Made by a program: the position numbers and the translations under genes. The notes under the pieces were generated by a model. That model was given only the letters and a program-made list of their open reading frames with translations. It did not search any database and had not been told where the DNA came from. DNA of 63,229 bases, counting the filler, from Candidatus Aminicenantales bacterium (GTDB lineage: Bacteria; Acidobacteriota; Aminicenantia; Aminicenantales; Saccharicenantaceae), in NCBI GenBank assembly GCA_049512315.1. It is 6 parts of 6 records of this genome, joined end to end, with 100 filler letters (N's around TTAATTAATTAA, not from the genome) between each part and the next. Parts side by side here need not be neighbours in the genome. Positions count along the whole stretch, not along the records: positions 11,779 to 22,026 come from JBEKXF010000056.1; positions 22,127 to 39,593 come from JBEKXF010000057.1; 4 more parts are not named here. One strand, written 5' to 3'. Each line of letters starts with the position of its first letter. Positions within the stretch are counted from its first letter, which is position 1. This document shows, in pieces, positions 19,891 to 28,025 of the stretch.

Positions 19891-21450
19891 ATGAGAATGT
19901 TGACCACATGCGCCGTTCTATTGGGCACATTCTTCGCAGGTCTGGCCGCCATCCCAACGGGTCGTTTTGATCAACCCCCCCCAGCAAAACCTGTCCCTAC
20001 ACAAATCGAGATCGCGGCAGGCCCCTTCAAGCCGTCGTGGGATTCACTCAAGCAATACCGATGCCCGAACTGGTTCCGCGATGCAAAGCTGGGTATCTGG
20101 GCGATCGTCACGCCCCAGTCGCTGGCAGAAGACGGTGATTGGTACGCGCGCCATATGTACGTCGAGGGAATGCCGCAATACCAGTTCCATGTCGAACACT
20201 TCGGGCACCCGTCGCGGTTTGGGTATAAGGACTTGGCCGCTGCCTGGAAGCTGGAGCATTTTGATCCCCATCACCTGATGTCTCTCTATAAGAAGGCCGG
20301 AGCGAAATACTTCGTCGTCCTGGCCAACCACCATGATAATTGGGACAATTGGAACTCCAAGTATCACCGCTGGAATTCCGTTAACGTCGGCCCTCACAAA
20401 GACATCGTGGGCCTCTGGGCCTCGGCAGCGCGGGAATATGGGCTTCGTTTCGGCGTCACCGAACATCTGGCTCGGAGCTACAGTTGGTTCAACACGAATA
20501 AGGGACATGACAATAAAGGTCCGCTGGCCGGCGTGCCCTACGACGGCAACGACCCGGCCTTCCAGGACCTCTACTTCCCGCCGCATGAGGATACTTCCTA
20601 CGCTTATCCGGCCCACCCGCCAGAGTGGTGGCCGCGAGAGTGGTTCTGGCGTATTCGAGACCTCATCGACACATATCGTCCCGATTTGATGTATTCCGAC
20701 GGAGGGGTTCCGTTCGGCGAGGTCGGACGGAGTCTCATGGCGCATTTCTACAACGCCAATTCGGCCTCGCATGCCGGAAAGCTCGAGGCTGTTTATACGA
20801 TTAAGGACATGGCGCCGCGCACCGACCATGGTGACTATATCGATGGCATCGGCGTACAGGACGTCGAGCGTGGGATTCTGGGCGGGATCAAATCCGAAGC
20901 ATGGCAGACTGACACCTGTATCGGCGACTGGTTCTACAAGACGGGAATTTCGTACAAGCCGGTTTCCCTGGTGATCGCAATGCTCGCTGATATTGTCAGC
21001 AAGAATGGCAACCTCCTTCTCAATATTCCTCTTCGGCACGACGGTTCCATCGACTCACAAGAGGAGAAGATCCTGGCCGACTTGGGGACATGGCTGACCG
21101 TCAACGGTGAAGCGATTTACGGCACGCGACCCTGGAAAACTTTTGGCGAAGGCCGTCCTCAGAACGGTGGAAATTACAATGAAGATAAACAGCAGTACAG
21201 CGCCGAGGATATTCGTTTCACTACAAAAGGTGATGTCCTCTATGCTCTCGTGCTCGACTGGCCGTCTGACGGTAAAATACTAGTGCACTCACTGGCTGCG
21301 GCGAACGGCCTTGTCTCCGAGGTCCGCCTGCTTGGTTATGGCGGCGAGCTGAAATGGAGCCAAACCAAGGCGGGTTTGGCAGTCCGTTCGCCCGCAACAG
21401 AGCCCGCCGGCCATGCCCTCACTTTGAAAATCAGGGGCAGCTTGTTCTAG
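19891..21450 (+). CDS. alpha-L-fucosidase (GH29)-like, atypical N-terminal motif
   Basis: NHHDNW, YSDG, DIVSKNGNLLLNIP, GEAIYGTRPW; IWAIVTPQ replaces the HWG motif. Confidence 0.88.
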   Translation: MRMLTTCAVLLGTFFAGLAAIPTGRFDQPPPAKPVPTQIEIAAGPFKPSWDSLKQYRCPNWFRDAKLGIWAIVTPQSLAEDGDWYARHMYVEGMPQYQFHVEHFGHPSRFGYKDLAAAWKLEHFDPHHLMSLYKKAGAKYFVVLANHHDNWDNWNSKYHRWNSVNVGPHKDIVGLWASAAREYGLRFGVTEHLARSYSWFNTNKGHDNKGPLAGVPYDGNDPAFQDLYFPPHEDTSYAYPAHPPEWWPREWFWRIRDLIDTYRPDLMYSDGGVPFGEVGRSLMAHFYNANSASHAGKLEAVYTIKDMAPRTDHGDYIDGIGVQDVERGILGGIKSEAWQTDTCIGDWFYKTGISYKPVSLVIAMLADIVSKNGNLLLNIPLRHDGSIDSQEEKILADLGTWLTVNGEAIYGTRPWKTFGEGRPQNGGNYNEDKQQYSAEDIRFTTKGDVLYALVLDWPSDGKILVHSLAAANGLVSEVRLLGYGGELKWSQTKAGLAVRSPATEPAGHALTLKIRGSLF

Positions 21451-21523
21451 CCCACGCGTATATGTGAGGCCATATTTCAAGTCAGCGAAAATTTTCTGTT
21501 CTAGGTTCTCCAGGCGCCTCCGC

Positions 21524-21571
21524 GGACCTGCCCCCGCTCAATTTACCACCTCTAAAGTGAGGTTTTCAAGC
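21524..21571 (+). mobile_element. IS3-like terminal repeat A
   Basis: GGACCTGCCCCCGCTCAATTTACCACCTCTAAAGTGAGGTTTTCAAGC. Confidence 0.75.
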
Positions 21572-21895
21572 TTGGGACCGTCGGAAAAGTGGACCTCCCG
21601 CCATGCAGACCGGGCTATGGCATTTATCTGTTTTGGCGACCTTTTGGGTGAGCGAGCTTATATGCAAAGAGCGGGTTTACATTCAGAGTATCTGATACTC
21701 CCGTTATTGGAAACCATAGGTTAGCAGAAATCAAACCCTGCCCGAATTTCGTTGCCGTCAAACAATCAGCGTATAGGATCTATACTTTTGTATATTAAGG
21801 AAATAATCTAACGAAATACCAGCAATAATAAGCTTCCTAACCATGTTAGATATTACAAGACGCCCGTCCTGCTGGCGCTCCCCCGCGGAATCGAT

Positions 21896-22026
21896 TCATT
21901 TGCTGGCCCTGAAATTGATATTCTCATGATCCAAATTGACGACACCGCTGAGGATGAGGGATATCGCACCCATGACGGCCGCCCTGGGGCCAAACGTTGC
22001 GGGCTGGATGACGACGTCGCCGGCCG
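21896..22026 (-). CDS. C-terminus of probable ROK family protein (cut by contig edge)
   Basis: Manual translation VVIQPATFGPRAAVMGAISLIL resembles the ROK C-terminal G..A...GA motif. Confidence 0.55.
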
Positions 22027-22126
22027 NNNNNNNNNNNNNNNNNNNNNNNNNNNNNNNNNNNNNNNNNNNNTTAATTAATTAANNNNNNNNNNNNNNNNNN
22101 NNNNNNNNNNNNNNNNNNNNNNNNNN
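22027..22126. other. artificial contig spacer
   Basis: N44-TTAATTAATTAA-N44. Confidence 0.99.
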
Positions 22127-22304
22127 GAAATATACAATGCGGGACGAAATAAAATAAGATTAACACCAGGAATGAAAATCTGTCACATTGTTTTTCAGGA
22201 ATGCAAGGGCACAGCAAAATACACTGGGGCTTGGAAAGACCAAGAGCTATAGGGCCCGGGGGGTATGGGGCCAACGCCCCGATCGTGCGCTGACGGGTCA
22301 ACTG

Positions 22305-22489
22305 AGATTTCCAGAAATATCCACCATAGTTTTCACTAAGGGGTCCTCAGAAGAGCGCCTCTCCTCTGACGCTGAGAGGCTTATTGACTAGGACCCGCGG
22401 TCTGCGATACAGCATCGGCATGGTTAGGAGGGGGGATCCAGTGCTGAGAGGGGGAATTCACCACAGCGCGAAAAAAGGAAATTCCTATC
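22305..22489 (+). mobile_element. IS91-like terminal segment (family C, copy 3) with upstream conserved block
   Basis: CCAGAAATATCCACCATAGTTTTCACTAAGGGGTCCTC..TTGACTAGGACCCGCGGTCTGCGATAC..CGCGAAAAAAGGAAATTCCTATC. Confidence 0.7.
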
Positions 22490-22548
22490 CTTCGATTTGG
22501 CAACTTAGTAAAAAGTGTTCTTCCATTGATAGGGAAAGGAGCGACCAA

Positions 22549-23379
22549 GTGAGCATTTATAGAACGGCAGCAGTGGTTGTTTTGATGTGCTTCTTTGGCA
22601 TGACCTCAGCCAGCGCGCAGCAAGATGTCGAGGCGAGTCGAGATCATCCCTTGGTTACGAGGATGCCGGGCTATTACATTGATAGTTACCGCGTTGAGGA
22701 GTTTGCAGGTTTCGACCCAACCGTAATAGGCGGAAAAGAGGCCCATTGGGAGGGCAAAAAGTATTCGATCTCCTATGCCCGAAAAGAAGATGCGACGGCA
22801 GTCAGCACGCTCCAGATCGTCCGCAATTACGAGAACGCGCTGAAGAAGGTGGGCACCACGATCCTCGGAGGCGATGAGAGGCGTCTTGCTTCCGAACTCA
22901 GGAAGAGCGGCGCGATGTCAGGGGTCTACATCGAGTGTTTCAACGAATACCGCAACTATGAGGTCACTGTCGTAGAATCCCAGGCGATGCGCCAGGATAT
23001 AACCGCCGACGCCGCCGCCATGGGAAAGGACATAGCGGCAACCGGCAAGACCATCATTTACGGGATTTATTTTGATACTGGCTCGGCCACGATCAAGCCG
23101 GAATCAGAACCGGCCCTCGCGGAGATGACAAAGCTCCTGAAGAACAGTCCAACCCTCAAGGTGTACATCGTGGGCCACACCGATAACACCGGTGCCCTTG
23201 AAATTAACCTCAAGCTGTCCTCCGATCGCGCCGAATCAGTCGTCAAGGCGTTAGTGGCGGGGGGGATTGTTCCAGGCAGGCTGAAAGCGGCGGGGGTTGG
23301 CCCGTATTGCCCGATTGGCTCCAATGGCACCGAGCAAGGCAAGGCTCAGAACCGGCGCGTGGAGTTGGTCCAACAGTGA
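22549..23379 (+). CDS. OmpA family peptidoglycan-binding protein
   Basis: GIYFDTG, VGHTD, N.KLS..RA, NRRVELV; GTG start after AAGGAG; signal peptide. Confidence 0.92.
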   Translation: MSIYRTAAVVVLMCFFGMTSASAQQDVEASRDHPLVTRMPGYYIDSYRVEEFAGFDPTVIGGKEAHWEGKKYSISYARKEDATAVSTLQIVRNYENALKKVGTTILGGDERRLASELRKSGAMSGVYIECFNEYRNYEVTVVESQAMRQDITADAAAMGKDIAATGKTIIYGIYFDTGSATIKPESEPALAEMTKLLKNSPTLKVYIVGHTDNTGALEINLKLSSDRAESVVKALVAGGIVPGRLKAAGVGPYCPIGSNGTEQGKAQNRRVELVQQ

Positions 23380-23564
23380 GACTCGGAGACTTCGTCGCCA
23401 ACGGCTACCACCTAGTAATACTAAGTTAACATCCGGACGCAGCCTGCCGTGGCGAGCCTTGAAAAGCCGGAAACTCTGGCACGCCACGGGCACACGGAGA
23501 TGCCGGTGGAGATCGAACCGCCCGCAAATCAAGCTTTTTCAGTCCATTAGCGGCCAAGAAGTGA

Positions 23565-23622
23565 GGCAGGACTCATGACTCCGGATCATGCAATCAAGGT
23601 TCGAATCCTTGCTTCCCAGCCA
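23565..23622 (+). pseudogene. tRNA-Gln-like 3' fragment (att remnant)
   Basis: GGCAGGACT-CATGA-CTCCGGA-TCATG-CAATCAAGGTTCGAATCCTTGCTTCCCAGCCA; the 5' acceptor strand TGGGAAG is absent; anticodon reads CCG rather than CTG. Confidence 0.75.
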
Positions 23623-23737
23623 TTCATTCTTCCCTCTCCTTCCCTCTTGAGAAAATCAGCGTTCTCTTGCGCATAAGTCATAAGGTACGGACCTCCGACA
23701 TTCGAGCATTCGGCCGCATGGCCCGGGGAGGGAAACC

Positions 23738-25309
23738 ATGAAACGAACGGTGATGGTCACGGCGGTCATGGGAATGGCCATCGTTTTCTGCGCGCTATTC
23801 CCCCATGCCCAGACCCCCTCCCCCAGGATCCATGCTATGGATGACGGGTTGGCCCTCACCCCGCCCATGGGTTGGTATCCATGGAACATCTTCGGCCAGG
23901 ACCCGCAAAACGAGAAGCTGATCAGGGAGATCGTCGACGCCCTCGTCGCGAGCCGTCTGAAGGAGGCCGGCTACTCCTACGTCGGACCCGACGAGGGGAT
24001 CTGTTTCTCGCGCGGGGGTGACGGCAAGATCACGACAAATCTCGAGCTTTACCCCTCGGGACTCCGCGGCCTCGGCGACTATATCCACCAAAAGGGCCTG
24101 AAGTATGCCCTCTACACGGACGCCGGAACTCACACCTGCAGCGGGGCCATGCCGGGCACAAATGGCCCCGAGCTCGAGGACATGCGCCAATTCGCCGATT
24201 GGCGGGCGGACTACGTCAAGATCGACTGGTGCAATACGGAAGGCCAGGACATCGTCAAGACGTACACCTCGCTCCACGACGCGCAGCACGCCGCCGGCCG
24301 TCCCATTGTTCACAGTCTTTGCTCGTGGGGCCAGGGGTCGCCATGGACTTGGGCCGCCCCGGTCGGGCACCTCTGGCGGACGACCGCCGATATCTGCGCC
24401 CCGGGCAAAGCGGACTGGGGCAGGGCCATGAAGATAGCCTTCGCCAACGAGAAGCTTCGTGAATGGGCCGGACCCGGCCACTGGAACGACCCCGACATGC
24501 TGATCGCCGGAATGCCGGGGCTGAGCGAAGCCCGGAACCGGGCGTTCTTCAGCCTCTGGTGCATGATGGCCGCGCCGCTCATGGCCGGAAACGACCTCCG
24601 GGACATGCCGGAATCGACCATCAAGATCCTGACCAATCCTGAGGTCATCGCCGTGGACCAGGACCCGCTCGGCGTCCAGGGGCATGTGATCCGTAAGGAA
24701 GGCGACCTCACCATCTGGGCCGGCAAGCCATTATTCGACGGGAGCCAGGCGGTGCTTATTTTCAACCAGGGAAAGTCGCCGGCGACGATCACGGCCAAGC
24801 CGGCCAACCTCGGGCTCGACTCGGAAACGGCTTATTATGTGCGCGATCTCTGGGGGCATGAGAATCGGCGTCTTCCGACCGGTCCGAATGATGCTTTGAT
24901 CACTAACGTCCGCCCAGACCATGTCGCGATGTTCCGATTCTCCAGATCCAAGAACTTCCCGCTGCCCCCCATCCTTGTCGCCGACACTTATCTCGTCTCG
25001 TTGCGTGCGGCCGGGACCGCCCCTCAGAAGCTCTCGGGGACGGTCCAGCTCACAAACAAGGGGAGTTCAGAGCTGGCGCTCTGGAAAGTCCGGCAGGATC
25101 TTCCCCCCTGGCTGTCCGTGAGCGTGGTGAAGAGAGGAAAGAGCCAAACGGTCTTTAACTCGGTTTTCACGAAGGGTCTGAAAAAGGGCCTCTATCACGC
25201 CGTCGTGAGGCTCGACAATACGGAGCCGATCTCGGGCAAGCCGATGTCCGCGGTCTACTACGACATCGACCTGGATGTCATGGACGACGTCGGAGGGCCG
25301 TCGAGGTAA
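23738..25309 (+). CDS. glycoside hydrolase family 27 (alpha-galactosidase / beta-L-arabinopyranosidase)
   Basis: LALTPPMGW, DYVKIDWC, WRTTADI, WNDPDML, IAVDQDPLG. Confidence 0.92.
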   Translation: MKRTVMVTAVMGMAIVFCALFPHAQTPSPRIHAMDDGLALTPPMGWYPWNIFGQDPQNEKLIREIVDALVASRLKEAGYSYVGPDEGICFSRGGDGKITTNLELYPSGLRGLGDYIHQKGLKYALYTDAGTHTCSGAMPGTNGPELEDMRQFADWRADYVKIDWCNTEGQDIVKTYTSLHDAQHAAGRPIVHSLCSWGQGSPWTWAAPVGHLWRTTADICAPGKADWGRAMKIAFANEKLREWAGPGHWNDPDMLIAGMPGLSEARNRAFFSLWCMMAAPLMAGNDLRDMPESTIKILTNPEVIAVDQDPLGVQGHVIRKEGDLTIWAGKPLFDGSQAVLIFNQGKSPATITAKPANLGLDSETAYYVRDLWGHENRRLPTGPNDALITNVRPDHVAMFRFSRSKNFPLPPILVADTYLVSLRAAGTAPQKLSGTVQLTNKGSSELALWKVRQDLPPWLSVSVVKRGKSQTVFNSVFTKGLKKGLYHAVVRLDNTEPISGKPMSAVYYDIDLDVMDDVGGPSR

Positions 25310-25314
25310 CCGCG

Positions 25315-25764
25315 CTATTTCTTTCCACCACCGATCGCCCCGTCGATCGACCACAGTCCGCCGCCTTTAATCACGAGCGCCAGGGCGATGGCGACGGCCA
25401 GGATGTGGTATTCGAAGCCCTCGCCTTTCTGGCTTCCCATCCAGTTCATAAAGAAACCGACCTTCCAGTGGACGAGATAGACGGCCACGGCCATGTCGAA
25501 GGCGACCGCCAGAGCCGCGATCCTCGTGCAGAATCCCATGATCAGGGCGACGGCGCCCACGGACTCCGCGAGGATGGCCGCGAGGGCGAGAATGGCCGGG
25601 ATATGGAATGAGGACTCGAACCCCTTCATCGAGGCGCTGAACCCGGCGCCGCCGAACAGGCCCAGGAGCTTCTGGGCGCCGTGGGGAAGAATGACAGCCC
25701 CAAGGCCCAGCCTGAGGAAGGTCCCGGACAGGTTGCCGTCCGTCGCGAACAATTTCTTGATCAT
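25315..25764 (-). CDS. DoxX family membrane protein
   Basis: HGAQKL, GFFMNW, GFEYH, G.G.WSID; GGAGG RBS before ATG 25764. Confidence 0.92.
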   Translation of the reverse strand: MIKKLFATDGNLSGTFLRLGLGAVILPHGAQKLLGLFGGAGFSASMKGFESSFHIPAILALAAILAESVGAVALIMGFCTRIAALAVAFDMAVAVYLVHWKVGFFMNWMGSQKGEGFEYHILAVAIALALVIKGGGLWSIDGAIGGGKK

Positions 25765-25814
25765 GGAATGGATACCTCCGTTCTTGGAATTCGGCCCGGC
25801 CGCGCCGGCCGAGG

Positions 25815-26540
25815 TCAACGGTCCGGCGGCCCCTCTCCTCCGTGGTGCCTGAGGTGATGCAGCCAACCGATGATCCGGTCTCTGTTCAGGGCCCCGACGA
25901 CGAACAGGACGAGCGCCACCCCTGAAAGGACCCAGACGGGCAGGTAATCCTTCTCCTGGAGGTTGGCCCCGATATACGTCGAGCCCCACAGCCCGGGGAA
26001 GCGGGCGACCATGGAGATCACGAAGAAGCGCAGCGGCTTGACCGGGGTCAGCCCCGAGATATAAACCAGGGAATCCTTGGGGATCCCGGGGACGAGGAAG
26101 AGGACGAACATGGCGATCTCGGACTTGGGGTTGTTGATGAGGAAGTCGAATTCCTCGAGCTTTTTCGGCGAGACGATGGCCTTGACCAGGGAGTACCCCA
26201 GGATCCGGGCCGTGAAGAACGCGATCATCGTCCCGAGGAGGATCCCGGCAACGGAATAGAGCGTCCCGAGCCCCGTCCCGAAGATATACCCGCCCGCGAC
26301 CTGGACGATCTCCCCGGGGATCACGAAGACGACGACCTGGAGGGCCTGGATGAGGATATAGACCAGGGCGCTGACCGGCCCGTAGGAATCGATGAAGGCC
26401 TTGAAGTCCTCCGGACGCCGGATCAGCCGGGTGACGGACGGGGTGAGCTTAACGGACGCGAAGATGATGAGCCCCAGGAATACGGCCAGAATAGCGGCCC
26501 GGGCGGCAAGCCGGGCTCTATGCGGTTTCTCCCCATCCAT
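25815..26540 (-). CDS. TVP38/TMEM64 (VTT/DedA) family membrane protein
   Basis: QVVVFVIPGE..AGGYIFG, FLVPGIPKD. Confidence 0.9.
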   Translation of the reverse strand: MDGEKPHRARLAARAAILAVFLGLIIFASVKLTPSVTRLIRRPEDFKAFIDSYGPVSALVYILIQALQVVVFVIPGEIVQVAGGYIFGTGLGTLYSVAGILLGTMIAFFTARILGYSLVKAIVSPKKLEEFDFLINNPKSEIAMFVLFLVPGIPKDSLVYISGLTPVKPLRFFVISMVARFPGLWGSTYIGANLQEKDYLPVWVLSGVALVLFVVGALNRDRIIGWLHHLRHHGGEGPPDR

Positions 26541-26559
26541 ATGACGCCCCGCCGCGGCC

Positions 26560-27780
26560 TCAGGTGTTTCCGGCCTTCGCCGGAGGCCTTTTCATCAAGA
26601 GAAGGTTGTCGATCTTCGATACCCACCGGTAGCCGAAATGGAAGGGCAGCTTCCTGACGCTCCCGGCCGGGTCCTCGTAAGCGGCCTTGAGGTCCTTCTG
26701 CTCGACCGTCGCGGAAAAATCCTCGACCGGCTTGGCGTAGGCCCCGTAGAGCTGAATCTCCCAGCCCTGCCGCTTGAAATAACGGTATGGGATCCCGGTG
26801 TCGTCCTCGAGGACAAAGAGGCTTTTCCGGAGGATCATCGTCCGGATGTTCGAGAAATCGCCGTAGTGGAGGAGGTAGGAGCCCGACTTGATGAACGTCG
26901 TGACCCCTTCGAGACCGTCGAAGAGGCGGTAGAGCGGCGAATCCTTTCTGAAGGCGGCGTCGGCCAGGTCGCAGGAGAAGTAATAAACGCTCTGCGTGAC
27001 GCTCGCTCCGGGCCTGACATAATCGATCCGGACACCTGCAGGCCGTTTCGACAATCTCCTGAGGGGCGTAAAAGGCGTCTCGACCCACTCCCCTTTATCG
27101 TTCACGGCCAGGCGCTTGACGGCGACGACGGAATGGCCGGTCCGCTTCAGAAAGAAGGTGATCAAGGGGAGGGCCCCGTCCACCCGGTTTTTCGAGAAGA
27201 CTCCGTTCATGTGCTCGGTCACGAAATAGCCACGCTTGAGGAAATCGGGCATGATAGTGTCGAGATCCCTGAAGAACGCATCCGTCCATTCCGGGGGGGC
27301 CGTCTCGAAATCGGGGAGGTTCCCGACCGGTTCGAGGCCCATCAGGACGGTCTTAGCTGCATCCGGATAAAAGGCGAAGGCGGTGACGAAATCCGGCCCG
27401 CCGAAGGGATAGAACAGGGTTTTCGTGACGAGTCCGCTTTCCCGGAGGTCTTCCCCGGCCCACTTTTTCATGGGCTCCAGGATCCCCGTGTCGAAAGCGG
27501 TCCAATGCTCGGCCGCGGACTTCGCGAAAACCCGCCAGGAGTCGGCTTCCTCTTTTTTCTTCCAGGCTTCCGCCGTCCCGGGAAGCCCGCTGATGAAGGC
27601 CGCCAGGCCGTCCTGGGTGCGGTCCGGAGTGACGGCGGACTGGGCCGGAACCTGAGCGGGAGATTCCTGAGAGACGGCCGGGGACGACGGTTTCGGGGGG
27701 GCCTCCGGGCCGGTTCCGGCCTGGCAGCCCAGGTAGGACAAGAGCATCAAGGCCATAAGGAACAGGCAGGCTTTTCTCAT
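26560..27780 (-). CDS. hypothetical lipoprotein
   Basis: Lipobox YLGC; long ORF with LFYPFGGPDF, KSGSYLLH, DDTGIPY, PFHFGY. Confidence 0.75.
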   Translation of the reverse strand: MRKACLFLMALMLLSYLGCQAGTGPEAPPKPSSPAVSQESPAQVPAQSAVTPDRTQDGLAAFISGLPGTAEAWKKKEEADSWRVFAKSAAEHWTAFDTGILEPMKKWAGEDLRESGLVTKTLFYPFGGPDFVTAFAFYPDAAKTVLMGLEPVGNLPDFETAPPEWTDAFFRDLDTIMPDFLKRGYFVTEHMNGVFSKNRVDGALPLITFFLKRTGHSVVAVKRLAVNDKGEWVETPFTPLRRLSKRPAGVRIDYVRPGASVTQSVYYFSCDLADAAFRKDSPLYRLFDGLEGVTTFIKSGSYLLHYGDFSNIRTMILRKSLFVLEDDTGIPYRYFKRQGWEIQLYGAYAKPVEDFSATVEQKDLKAAYEDPAGSVRKLPFHFGYRWVSKIDNLLLMKRPPAKAGNT

Positions 27781-27936
27781 CTTCGGGTCCTTTGAGATTC
27801 CATGTGTGACGGTAAGGGGCTATTATCCACGTTTTCGGGGCAAAAATAAAGATACGGGAGATTGCTTCGGGGAAGTCCGAGAAGTGTTGCTTTAACGAAT
27901 GGGCGGGCGGGCTCCTAACCGGTCAGGATGTTGAAC

Positions 27937-27997
27937 GGGGCCGGGTCCGGGGAGGCCATCGCCCCCTCATTCGATGACCTACCCCGGACGGCCCCCG
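27937..27997. terminator. long GC-rich hairpin downstream of the 5'-nucleotidase gene
   Basis: GGGGCCG..GTCCGGGG.AGGCCATCG pairs with CGATGACCT.CCCCGGAC.GGCCCC; no clear U-tract. Confidence 0.45.
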
Positions 27998-28025
27998 ACA
28001 GCTCGTGAATAAGCTTAGCTGATCC

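Noticed and set aside
22205..22262. Resemblance to a c-di-GMP-I riboswitch (GCAAAA..GAAA..GCTATAGGGCC)
   Set aside because: The P2 stem does not pair and spacing is wrong; lies in mobile-element debris.
23400..23435. dif/Xer-like sequence (CTAAGTTAAC), also GCGCATAA near 23670
   Set aside because: Only one arm resembles the consensus in each case; the 11-6-11 structure is not met.
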